64,000 bases of DNA from Thermofilaceae archaeon (GTDB taxonomy: Archaea > Thermoproteota > Thermoprotei > Thermofilales > Thermofilaceae), in assembly GCA_038861545.1 (NCBI GenBank), contig JAWCCZ010000002.1, forward strand, positions 192,001 to 256,000, read 5' to 3'. Positions 19,636 through 29,272 of the stretch are shown piece after piece. Position numbers and translations under genes: made by a program. A model generated the notes under the pieces. That model searched no databases. It had not been told where the DNA came from and saw only the letters and a list, made by a program, of their open reading frames with translations. Within the stretch, counting starts at the first letter, position 1, and every line of letters starts with the position of its first letter.

Positions 19636-19860
19636 TTCGTGTCGGAGCGAGAGTTCAAAGTAGTAAAAAAACTTCACGCTAATAAGTGCTCGATTAAGAT
19701 GCTAAATCTAAACACAAAGTTTGCTGAAAACTCATTAATACCCATTAGCGTGTGTATCGAAGTAAATTGTTTTTCTGATCAGCCTTAGAGCGAGTTCCAT
19801 AAAAAGTTTCACTTATAAGATTAGTAAAAATATCTCCATGGGTTATACAGAAGGATACCG

Positions 19861-21435
19861 CTAGCTTTGCAACATTATGCGAGGTATAGGTTCCCAGTCA
19901 TCGAAAGGTGGTCTAACCCGCTTGCACTCCTCCGGGTTCAGTGAAAGCAAATGTGCTTTAGGAAGAGCGTCCAGCAAGTCGGTTGCTAGAATGTGGTATC
20001 CTCTCTCCATAGCTACTAAATCTCCGGCAAGTCCGTTAACGAACGCGGCAGCACACGCGGCCCTGAAGGGATCCTTTGTCCACGCGAGAAACGTAGCGGT
20101 AACGCCTGTGAGCACATCCCCTGTGCCTCCAACCGTCATTCCAGGATTACCGGTTTTATTCAATTTCACCCGCTCGCCGTCGCTTACAATGTCAATGTGT
20201 CCCTTCAAGAGTACAGTGCAACCCGTCATAGAGGACAAACGCTTAGCCGCTTCTACCCTTTCCTCAACATTTTCACCGACGCTCCAGCCCGTTATCGCTT
20301 TCAGCTCACCGGCATGGGGGGTTAGTACCACCTTGCCCCCTTTAACTGAATAAATGTCAGTTGCCAATGCTTTAAGCGCGTCTGCGTCGATCACCATTAA
20401 TTTGCTGGAAGAGAACTCGGTCATTAAGCGTAGAGAAGCTTCTAAGGTCTCTTCGGCGAGACCCAAACCCGGGCCTATGGCTACTACATCAAATTTCTCT
20501 GCTACTTTTAAAAGTTCATTCAGAAGCTTCGGCGTTAAACGTTTCCCCTCATAGGGGACTACTATCAAGTTCGGTGAGAAGGCCCTTACTGGGCCTGCTG
20601 CCTGTTCGGGGACCGCGACCGCGACTAAGTCGGCCCCCATTCTTAAGCTGGCCAAAGCCGTAAGAGCTGGAGCGCCCGTGTAGGTTTCCGAGCCGCCGAT
20701 AATCAATACCCTTCCGAAATCACCTTTCTTGCTCCAAGGCCTTCGAGACTTCGTGGCGGCTATCGAGTCCCCGGGGCCACAGATAAGCTCAGCCTCAAGC
20801 GGAACGCCTGCCTGCTCGACGACAAGCTCACCCACGTACCTCTTAGCCTCTTCCCTCAGCAGGCCTGGCTTGGCAGTGTGGAAGGTAACCGTGAGATCCG
20901 CTTCAACAGCGACGCCCAATACCTCCCCAGTGTCCGCGTCCAAGCCCGAGGGGACGTCAACCGCAACCTTGAGCATGGAGCCCGAGTTGTTCACCGCCTC
21001 AATGGCCCTCCTGTAGGGGCCCCGAACCTCGCTTTTAAGCCCTGTACCAAATATCGCGTCGATGATAACGTCGGCCGACTCCAGCAGCGCAGGTGCGCGC
21101 TCGGCACAGGGGTCCACGACTAACTCCACCGTCGATGCCATCGAGCGCAGTGCCTCAAAGTTGGCCCTCGCCTCCCTAGTCCTGATAGCCTCGGCTCGCG
21201 CGAGAAGGGCTACTGTTACACGGGCGAAGGGGGCTAGGTGACGGGCAGCAACCATGCCGTCACCGCCGTTGTTCCCGGGGCCGCAGAGGATTAAAATCTT
21301 CTCCCCCTTCAGCCTCGACTTCACGTGCCTGGCTACGGCAGCGCCTGCGTTCTCCATCAGCTGGAGGCGGCTGACGCCTAAGTACTCGGAGTTATCATCA
21401 AAGATCGATAAATCTAGGCTGGTTAAGACACGCAC
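19861..21435 (-). CDS. nnr: Bifunctional NAD(P)HX epimerase/dehydratase (YjeF)
   Basis: LMENAG, GPGNNGGDG, DVPSG, GPGLG, TPHAGE and GGTGDVLTG motifs. Confidence 0.95.
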   Translation of the reverse strand: MRVLTSLDLSIFDDNSEYLGVSRLQLMENAGAAVARHVKSRLKGEKILILCGPGNNGGDGMVAARHLAPFARVTVALLARAEAIRTREARANFEALRSMASTVELVVDPCAERAPALLESADVIIDAIFGTGLKSEVRGPYRRAIEAVNNSGSMLKVAVDVPSGLDADTGEVLGVAVEADLTVTFHTAKPGLLREEAKRYVGELVVEQAGVPLEAELICGPGDSIAATKSRRPWSKKGDFGRVLIIGGSETYTGAPALTALASLRMGADLVAVAVPEQAAGPVRAFSPNLIVVPYEGKRLTPKLLNELLKVAEKFDVVAIGPGLGLAEETLEASLRLMTEFSSSKLMVIDADALKALATDIYSVKGGKVVLTPHAGELKAITGWSVGENVEERVEAAKRLSSMTGCTVLLKGHIDIVSDGERVKLNKTGNPGMTVGGTGDVLTGVTATFLAWTKDPFRAACAAAFVNGLAGDLVAMERGYHILATDLLDALPKAHLLSLNPEECKRVRPPFDDWEPIPRIMLQS

Positions 21436-21515
21436 AGTAGGACTACATTGCCAGCTAATTAAATTTACTTTAAAAGGAATTAAGAAAGAAAAGGGAAAGG
21501 GACAGGTTAGCCTGC

Positions 21516-21746
21516 TTACCTATAGCCCAGCATCATCTGCCTGCGTTCAAGGAAATCGCGGTGCTCTTTTAACAGGTTGAAAAGCGCAGTCCGAATCGCC
21601 TCACTCCTATTGTTGAATACACCCATATCCACGAGTTGATCGAGCGCGTCCAGAAGAGCCCTCGGTATATGGAAGCTTACGATATAAGTTTTAGAGCCTA
21701 TCACTAAAGGCGGTTTTCTGAGTTCCTCTTTGTTGCTCATCATCAT
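21516..21746 (-). CDS. Ribbon-helix-helix transcriptional regulator (CopG/CdrS-like)
   Basis: IVSFHIP beta-strand followed by LDQLV-x-G-x-F-NNRSEAIR. Confidence 0.85.
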   Translation of the reverse strand: MMMSNKEELRKPPLVIGSKTYIVSFHIPRALLDALDQLVDMGVFNNRSEAIRTALFNLLKEHRDFLERRQMMLGYR

Positions 21747-21891
21747 AATATGTGGTGGGCAGGTATTTTAAGCTGATACTTGCATGATTTATACCCTTGT
21801 ATGATCGAATTAAAATAATAGTACGCGGGTAATACTGTACTTTAGCATGGAGGTCAACAATAAATACGCATGAATCGCCGGTGCTGACAGT

Positions 21892-22608
21892 ATGAGCACT
21901 ATCAACGCTCTAAAAACGAAGATAAGAGAAGAAGTTTGGAACACTCTCGACGTTAACAGAGTAGCTTCGCCTAGACCCAGTAAAGGTAAAATACCTACCT
22001 TCGCTGGTGCTCGAACCGCAGCCCTAAAGTTAGTTAAAAGAGATCTATTCAAAGGAGCTGAAGTGGTTTTCTCCACTCCAGACTCTTCGTTACAGCCAAT
22101 TCGAGAAGAAACGCTAAAAACCGGTAAAACGCTCGTAATGATAACCCCCAACCTTAGTGGATTCGTTATTGTAGATGGGGGCAGTATCCCAAACTATAGG
22201 ATCACGATTGCCGCTACACCGAGAGGGGCTTTAACATTCGGCCAAAGAGTTAAGGTACCTGAAAACGTTAAAGTGGATCTAATACTCGTGGGCAGCGTGG
22301 CTGTGGATAGGCTCGGCGGTCGCCTCGGAAGGGGGGACGGTCAGCAGGATATAGAATACGCTGTTCTGCGGGAGCTAAAGTTGATCAGCGACCAAACTCC
22401 AGTGGTTACAGCTATTCATGACCTCCAAATAGTTTCCAGGGTGCCAATGCTTTACCATGACTTACCAGTCGACTATATAATTACACCTACACTATTCTTA
22501 AAAATTCAAGACGGTTATAAGAAACCCTCAGGCATTATCTGGGATGTCGTGAACGCAGAGACAATAGAAAAACTCCCACTTCTTAAAATATTATATGGTT
22601 CCGTTTAA
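21892..22608 (+). CDS. 5-formyltetrahydrofolate cyclo-ligase family (MTHFSD-like)
   Basis: IPTFAGA, PDS, GSVAVD-x-GGRLGRGDG and HDLPVDYIITP motifs. Confidence 0.85.
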   Translation: MSTINALKTKIREEVWNTLDVNRVASPRPSKGKIPTFAGARTAALKLVKRDLFKGAEVVFSTPDSSLQPIREETLKTGKTLVMITPNLSGFVIVDGGSIPNYRITIAATPRGALTFGQRVKVPENVKVDLILVGSVAVDRLGGRLGRGDGQQDIEYAVLRELKLISDQTPVVTAIHDLQIVSRVPMLYHDLPVDYIITPTLFLKIQDGYKKPSGIIWDVVNAETIEKLPLLKILYGSV

Positions 22609-22720
22609 TGTATTGAAATAGAATGGTTCAAATCTGATTACCTCTAAGGTTTTAAAAGTAATTAACAAGAATTCAGATATAATGCCAGAGAATAAAGTAA
22701 AAATCTCTTAAATAAGAAAA

Positions 22721-24646
22721 TTAGTATGGAGCCAGCCACGTAGACTTTACCATTATGGCAAAAGATATTAACAGCGAAGTTGCTACACCATATCCAACGA
22801 CTGCACCAGCGTACACAGACCATTTAAGCCTCTCTACTGTTTCACGCTTGAAGCGAATTAGAATCCTATAAATTACGTGACCGATAGCTATCGATATCGC
22901 GTACGGAGGTATAGTTGAAGCTCCCACAGTAAATATCACGAGCGAGAATGGGATGCGTAAAACCTTCGTGACAAAGTGTAGAAGAACTCCTAGTATGAAT
23001 GCTGCTTCGAGAATAGGGTAGCTTTGACCCGGGTTTAGCAAAATCGATTGAAAAGCAGTGCCTCTCGTAATCCATAAGCAGCTTTGGATCACGTTTATGG
23101 GCCAGCTAGCTTGAGCCCAAGGATATGCTTGAGATGGAATCGGACCGAACAACCAAATGATACTCGTGTGGATGAAACTCATTATCAGCGAAAGAGGTAT
23201 CGCGATAGCGGCCACTGTGAGCACAACATCCCTAAGTTTTAATCCTATGTAGCGAGCCACGTAGAAGCGTGTACACCAAGTAACTCCATCACCCGGCATG
23301 GGGGCCAGCCAAGCACTGACTCCAAGCTGGCTGTGAACCGGTATATTACCTGAAGTCTGCGTAGTTATCAGAACTATCTCCCTCAGCGGTATTTGAGCCA
23401 CCGAGTAACCGGTTTCTCCGACACCCCTCGCGTTAATTAGAGTAGAGAATAACGGCCAAAACACCGTCAGAATAGTTAAAGGAAGTATTGGAAATGATGG
23501 AAGGAGCAACGCTAAACTCGCCGTCCAAGCAGCAACGCCTAGAAAATAAATCGCTAACAACTTCCAATACGAGAATCCGACTGGTGCATTACCCCTCGCG
23601 CTACCTCCAAGTGTTGAGAAAGCACTTTTAAGGAACCTGCCTATGCGTGTTAGCTCAACAACCATTATCGCGAAAGTTAAGCCCACGAACGCGCTGCTCC
23701 AAACATGTAGGTACGTGAACTGCCAGTTCAGCGTTATATTGAATCCTGGTGTCCACTCAGGAACCAAATCCCTGAAGTAGGATAACAGTAAGGAGTTACC
23801 GATTATCCATATGGTGATAGAGCCGATTAGCATAAGTACAACGTTAAATGTCGGAAGAATCAATCCTGCAAAGAATGTGAATAAGTCTGTAGCGATTCCT
23901 AGCAGAGTGCCGGGTAAGCCCAGCAAAGATTCGGCCCCTACTGATAGGTCAATAAAAGGTACCGGTATTAGCGTTACCACTCTGCCTCCCATCGTAGAGC
24001 CCAGTATATACGGTGTATAAACAAGCAGTGCGTAGACAAAAGCCGCTATAAAACCAAGAACCATAGCTCGCATTTTCTCATGCTCTCTTTCGCCCAGCGT
24101 AACAGCAATCTCTGCATCCACCCTAGCGAAGGGGAAAGGAAGTTTCTCCTCTATTACGTACATTTGATAAGCAAGGTATCCCAAGGGGAGTTCTATCACA
24201 AGCGGTAAAATAACCCCTAAGACAATTGAAACAAGAATTGGAATGAACCACTCCGGGTGAAGGAAAGTTCTGATTACCTGTTGTCTGATCAGAGGGTTAC
24301 TGGGAACCCACCATTCTGGTAGGTATTCAGTTACGCCGAAAGCCATTGCTTCAGGGCTGTTAGCAAAGTAAACCCTGTATATGAACTGGAAAAAGAACAC
24401 ATTATAGGCGGAGAGGCTTATTGCCAGATTCATCAAGTATATCTCCTGTGATGAAAGGAAACGGCCTCCAAAACTCCTGAGCACAAAGTTAAACAATAGA
24501 ATAGTTGTAAATGCAAGTCCTCCCGCGGCTCCCCCTATTAAGTTCATCCATATAGCTACTGGCATCAATGCGAGCGACGCAAAAATAGCAGCCAGTACAA
24601 CGCGGAAGGTTATACCGCTCACCAATTGGGATTCTTGTATGCTCAT
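22721..24646 (-). CDS. OPT-like polytopic membrane protein (putative transporter subunit)
   Basis: About 16 TMs; GITFRVVL, LSSQE and EEKLPFPFARV motifs; the ATG at 24646 overlaps the upstream stop (ATGA) and follows a G-rich SD. Confidence 0.7.
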   Translation of the reverse strand: MSIQESQLVSGITFRVVLAAIFASLALMPVAIWMNLIGGAAGGLAFTTILLFNFVLRSFGGRFLSSQEIYLMNLAISLSAYNVFFFQFIYRVYFANSPEAMAFGVTEYLPEWWVPSNPLIRQQVIRTFLHPEWFIPILVSIVLGVILPLVIELPLGYLAYQMYVIEEKLPFPFARVDAEIAVTLGEREHEKMRAMVLGFIAAFVYALLVYTPYILGSTMGGRVVTLIPVPFIDLSVGAESLLGLPGTLLGIATDLFTFFAGLILPTFNVVLMLIGSITIWIIGNSLLLSYFRDLVPEWTPGFNITLNWQFTYLHVWSSAFVGLTFAIMVVELTRIGRFLKSAFSTLGGSARGNAPVGFSYWKLLAIYFLGVAAWTASLALLLPSFPILPLTILTVFWPLFSTLINARGVGETGYSVAQIPLREIVLITTQTSGNIPVHSQLGVSAWLAPMPGDGVTWCTRFYVARYIGLKLRDVVLTVAAIAIPLSLIMSFIHTSIIWLFGPIPSQAYPWAQASWPINVIQSCLWITRGTAFQSILLNPGQSYPILEAAFILGVLLHFVTKVLRIPFSLVIFTVGASTIPPYAISIAIGHVIYRILIRFKRETVERLKWSVYAGAVVGYGVATSLLISFAIMVKSTWLAPY

Positions 24647-27600
24647 GCAAACCACCCCCCAGCTTTTTCGATATACAGTTTTCTATCTTCTTCTTTTAGA
24701 GAACGCCAAACTAGCAGCCGTTTCCTGACCTCATCTACAAATCTCAGGTGATTAGCAATCCAGAGCTGGCGAGGGCCTGAAAGGTGTTCACTAGTCAGGA
24801 TAAGGCGAAATCTTAGTTCGCGTGGGCCTTTCCTAGCAATTAGCTGAATGCGCTCTTCAACTCCTAACTCGTATGGCCTTAGTCGAACCCTCATATCTGA
24901 TATGTAGGCTGTCTCCCTTCCTGACACGCTCTTAGAGTATGAAAGCCCAGTCACCATAAATGGCTGGGCTTCGCTACCGTAGGCGCGAAGGGATTCTCCA
25001 ATGAAAGCTAGTAATCCTCTCGACTCAGCTTCATTCCTAACGGTGAAAGGTAGCGAAATATCCCATCTACTTCCTCTAGGTCCAGAGGATGGCCTCCACT
25101 TTCGCTCAAGGGAAGGTACAACGATTTTCGATGCCATGTAGGCGGGGTAGACAGATGCTGTAACCACAGCTAAAATCGACACCAAGATACTCGTCACCAC
25201 AGCTAGAGATGCATAGTTAAGTAATGGACCAGCTGCAACAGGTCCTAAAGCAAGACCTAAAGTATACCCTAGCGGTGCACTAAGAAAAGCATATGTGAGA
25301 ACTTCTCCGAAGAAAACACCAGCCGCATCTCTCGGGCTAGCACCCACAGTAGCGTAAACCTGCATGTCCCGCATCCTTTCATATAAAGTTCCTAGAACCA
25401 CTGACACTAACATTAGGAAACTTATCACCATAGGCACAAGTACAAACTGCCATCCTCCACCTAAGTAAGCTACTTCTCTTCGTAGATAAAGGAAACTGGA
25501 GCCTGGAGCTTCTTCCGTAGCTGCATATACATTATGGGAATAGAACCCTATATACTCACTTAATTCATTGGCAACTTGCCTTATTAGATCCTTATCGTTC
25601 GACAGTAAAGCTACAGAAAAGGGATACCCACCTAAGCGCATGGCAAGCTTATATGGTATGTAAACAACCCCCCAATATGCCCGCTCCTTGATTGGCCCCG
25701 TTTTAAGGGGGTCAAAAGGTACGATTGGCTGACCGTCTAAGTCATATATCGTTCTAAGCAGTCTGCTGTCTATAATTCCCATTACAGTAAGCTCCATGCC
25801 GTAAAGGTATACCCTGTCACCTGGCTCTAGATTCAAAGTTCTGGCTATATCATCAGTTACATAGCATTGAAACTCATCATCAAGCGTGAACCATGGACTT
25901 AATGCCTCTATAATTACATTCTGGAGTTCTAAAGCTTCAGCCTCAGCCTTAGATAAGCCGATTATTCCGCTTATTAGCACCGACTGGCCTGCAATGTTAA
26001 ACAAATATATTCTCTGAGCTGGAATCCAAACCCTTGGGACAATTTTCATTTTTTCACCGTAAACCGTTGTCAAGTAATCAAGGAAAATAGGGTTGATTGG
26101 CTGAAAAGCTTCTCTACGTGTAACTAAAACTCCCGTGTAACGTGGGCTCCAAGTTACAGCTGGCTGTCCTGGTGGAGGTAAAGTAACTGTAACCCATGTG
26201 GAAGAGAGAGCGACAAATGATACTGTCGAGAACGTCACTAACGTTACGCCAATAATTGTAAGTACAGTCCTCATATGTCTTCGCCTCAGGTTCTCCACTC
26301 CTATACTGATAGCAGTCATGGTCAACGATAACCTGTCAACGGTAACGAACATAGGTCCCATAAACCTGCTACGTATTTCTCTCACTATATTGCTGAATTC
26401 GTCAAACATTAATATCATCACAGGGATAACTAGTATTAGCGAAGTAGCGCCGAGAGCCGTTAGGAAAGAGTAACTCGCCACTTTAAATCCAGGATGAAGT
26501 AAATACTGAATTACAGTCAGCGTTAACATTATCGAAACCAACGCTATTAACCGTTTCTTTCCCTCATAGTGTAGCACCAATCTTTCGAACATAAAGACGA
26601 ATGGTAAATTAAGCAAGAAAAAGAAAACCATTGCAACTCCCGTATCAATCACCATTGACTTGCTTTTCTCATAAGCATAAAGTGCGTAGTACCAAGCTTG
26701 TACGGTGTAGGCATAGTAATCGCTATAGCGGTATTCCATCAGAGCACTTTCAGCGAGCTCGAGATTTCTAAGAGCTTTTCTATAGAACTCATCTAAATCT
26801 GCTGCTGTGGCCCCCATAAGACCTGCGCCAGTGAGAGCTTCAACCCTTCTTTTCACGACAGCTAGCAGATCTCTTGTGACTCTGAGTATCGTGGGAGCCG
26901 TATCTAAATAGTTAAAGGACACCGGCACTCCTTCCTCGTCGTTTATGAGTAACCCAATCGGATTCCCCCCACTGGTGAGAACCATCTTAATGCAGATATC
27001 CTTTGGAACAAATACCACAGCTTCGTAACCTGAGGTTGGATCAGTTAACGTGAATCTCCCTTCTGGTTTTTCAAAAATGGGTGGCTCTGATACAACATAG
27101 CTGTAACTTGTTAACCCTATACCTGACCTGTCAAGTATTTGTATACCCCCAACTGGAGGGGTCAAGAGGGAACGTGGATCAAAGAACTCATGCAGCGCTA
27201 ATGTCGCCGACCTAAAGACTGCCAAGTTGACTAACTTTCTACCGCTTCCATCAATTAATTCTGTTTCAGAGGTAAAGAAGGTGTAACCGTAGGGCCAAGA
27301 TCTCGTACCGTAAACACCATAATCTGGAGCAAAAACTATATCGCCGGTTAACTTATCAATGATAAAGGGTAAAACCTGGTACTTAGCCACCGGCACTGCC
27401 CATCCGACACTTGGCGTCAATCCTTTCAAAGTAAAAGTCCCGTCCCTATCAGCAAGCTCTACCCATTCATGCCCAAGAAGATCGTTTCTCTCAAGAATCT
27501 TTACGTGTAGGACCATTTGATACCTTTCCTCTCTCAGATAGTCATGCCAGCTGTAGTTGTACCAGCCATGCTTAATATCCCATCTTCCAACCCTACCTTT

Positions 27601-29223
27601 CACAACGGTAAACCCAAGACCTCCTGTTTCAAAGTGCGTATGCGTTGGAATAGCCCTTCCCATAATTGACGCTTTGTCATAACTAATCCAAGATATATCA
27701 TCTATTATCGCCCTAGCTAAGACAAATGAAAGTTCTACCTGAGGCCATAGGTTCTCAAAGTTTAATTTATCTAATGTGTCGAGGGGAGTTCCGTAAAGCG
27801 GCCGTGCAGTTAATGCTGTTGTAAAAGTTATCCCCCAAATACCCACTTGAGCTATAACAGCTGCATCAAAATGTCCTGGAGTTTGCAGATAACGGCGGTC
27901 AAGCTGTAAGCCAAAAGCAGTATACGTAAGGTTCCCAAGGCGTTCTTTGAGTTTTTCCCTAAGCTCGTCGCTACCCAAGTAGTATGTTCCAGAGCTCTCA
28001 TTATACCTGCCATACCTACCCCGTGTGAAAAAGAGTGAGTAAAGGTCGTTATAACCGTACCAAGAATACCATACCTGTACACCGTAAAAAGTGCTTCCCG
28101 CGACAGCGGCAATAGCTCTCGATTCGGTTGAGAAATCAAAGCCAACGGCGAACCATAGTGTGTATGAGGTCAAGGAAGAGGCGTCGTTGCTACCTATGTG
28201 GCTGTAATGCCAAATGAAGCTAGAATTCTGGATATCTCGTCGATGCCAAACAAAATTCCTAGCACCTGCCATAGCTTGAGCGTGGCCTGATAGAGCTACG
28301 AGCCAAACAGACCTCTTAGGTGGATACTCTTTTAGAATCCTCGCAAATTCTAGTAAAGCTGTGATTCCTCCGGCTTCGTTCGCACCTGGAGCCAGTGCCG
28401 GTACTATAGAGTTGGAATCATAGTATGCTACTACGACAACTGCATTTCGCCACTCTGCAGGATCGGTCCCCTTTATAACCGCGACTATGTTTTTAGCGGT
28501 AACTCTTTCCCACGTCATATTGACTACAACACGCGCCTTAACTTTCCCAACGCCGTAGTTTCTGATAAGTTCCCTCAAATAACCGGCATCACCACTGCTT
28601 ATGTAAATTCTTGGGAATTTCACGGGGATATCCAAGCTTTTATGCTCAGCTTCACCTCTTAAGGTAAATACCGGTTCAATGAATACTACAGCTTTAGCAC
28701 CAAGTCTCATAGCGTTAAGCCAATTATCTCTAGAGTTGAACTCCATTAACGCAATGCTACCGTTAATAGGCAATCCATTCAACTCCTCAAGCGACCCCTC
28801 ACCAACGTACACTAGTGGACCTTCAAAAACCCCGCTGCATGTTTGAACGTTATTGGGTAAAAGGGCATAAGCTTTAATCTCCCTGTAAGTGGGGTCAAGA
28901 ATAACGATCTTTGAGCCCCAATCCATTGGTATAGTTACGTTGTATTCTTCTACAAAAGTTTCTAAGCCCAGCGTGCTGTTAAAGTAGTCGAATATGTAGT
29001 TTGCTACCTCAATGCTTCCAGGATAACCGGTGTACCTACTCCGAGAAGCTATATACCTTAAGTGTTCGATAATTTTACTACGATTAATCGTCAGCAGGGT
29101 AGTCTGTATAATGTTATCAGTTTCAGAGAACTCAGCTAGAACTCCTCTAAATAAACCTGCAGGATACGGTAAAGCCGATAAAATTAATACGAGCACCAAA
29201 GCAAACTTCAACCACTTATACAT
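24643..29223 (-). CDS. 1526-aa fusion: signal peptide, PA domain, degenerate M28 peptidase domain, TMs, MacB-type extracytoplasmic domain and FtsX permease domain
   Basis: RYTGYPG; GPLVYVGEG; NIVAVIKG, AYYDS, PGANEAGG and ALLEFAR; ENLRRRHMRTVLTIIG; YERMRD-x-VGASP; YPAYMAS. Confidence 0.8.
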   Translation of the reverse strand: MYKWLKFALVLVLILSALPYPAGLFRGVLAEFSETDNIIQTTLLTINRSKIIEHLRYIASRSRYTGYPGSIEVANYIFDYFNSTLGLETFVEEYNVTIPMDWGSKIVILDPTYREIKAYALLPNNVQTCSGVFEGPLVYVGEGSLEELNGLPINGSIALMEFNSRDNWLNAMRLGAKAVVFIEPVFTLRGEAEHKSLDIPVKFPRIYISSGDAGYLRELIRNYGVGKVKARVVVNMTWERVTAKNIVAVIKGTDPAEWRNAVVVVAYYDSNSIVPALAPGANEAGGITALLEFARILKEYPPKRSVWLVALSGHAQAMAGARNFVWHRRDIQNSSFIWHYSHIGSNDASSLTSYTLWFAVGFDFSTESRAIAAVAGSTFYGVQVWYSWYGYNDLYSLFFTRGRYGRYNESSGTYYLGSDELREKLKERLGNLTYTAFGLQLDRRYLQTPGHFDAAVIAQVGIWGITFTTALTARPLYGTPLDTLDKLNFENLWPQVELSFVLARAIIDDISWISYDKASIMGRAIPTHTHFETGGLGFTVVKGRVGRWDIKHGWYNYSWHDYLREERYQMVLHVKILERNDLLGHEWVELADRDGTFTLKGLTPSVGWAVPVAKYQVLPFIIDKLTGDIVFAPDYGVYGTRSWPYGYTFFTSETELIDGSGRKLVNLAVFRSATLALHEFFDPRSLLTPPVGGIQILDRSGIGLTSYSYVVSEPPIFEKPEGRFTLTDPTSGYEAVVFVPKDICIKMVLTSGGNPIGLLINDEEGVPVSFNYLDTAPTILRVTRDLLAVVKRRVEALTGAGLMGATAADLDEFYRKALRNLELAESALMEYRYSDYYAYTVQAWYYALYAYEKSKSMVIDTGVAMVFFFLLNLPFVFMFERLVLHYEGKKRLIALVSIMLTLTVIQYLLHPGFKVASYSFLTALGATSLILVIPVMILMFDEFSNIVREIRSRFMGPMFVTVDRLSLTMTAISIGVENLRRRHMRTVLTIIGVTLVTFSTVSFVALSSTWVTVTLPPPGQPAVTWSPRYTGVLVTRREAFQPINPIFLDYLTTVYGEKMKIVPRVWIPAQRIYLFNIAGQSVLISGIIGLSKAEAEALELQNVIIEALSPWFTLDDEFQCYVTDDIARTLNLEPGDRVYLYGMELTVMGIIDSRLLRTIYDLDGQPIVPFDPLKTGPIKERAYWGVVYIPYKLAMRLGGYPFSVALLSNDKDLIRQVANELSEYIGFYSHNVYAATEEAPGSSFLYLRREVAYLGGGWQFVLVPMVISFLMLVSVVLGTLYERMRDMQVYATVGASPRDAAGVFFGEVLTYAFLSAPLGYTLGLALGPVAAGPLLNYASLAVVTSILVSILAVVTASVYPAYMASKIVVPSLERKWRPSSGPRGSRWDISLPFTVRNEAESRGLLAFIGESLRAYGSEAQPFMVTGLSYSKSVSGRETAYISDMRVRLRPYELGVEERIQLIARKGPRELRFRLILTSEHLSGPRQLWIANHLRFVDEVRKRLLVWRSLKEEDRKLYIEKAGGWFA

Positions 29224-29272
29224 AGGTAAATCACCATCAAAAGTAAAAAAGATTCTAAGATTTTAAAACATT

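Noticed and set aside
22620-22650. GGTTCAAATC resembling a tRNA T-loop
   Set aside because: AT-rich context with no acceptor, D or anticodon stems
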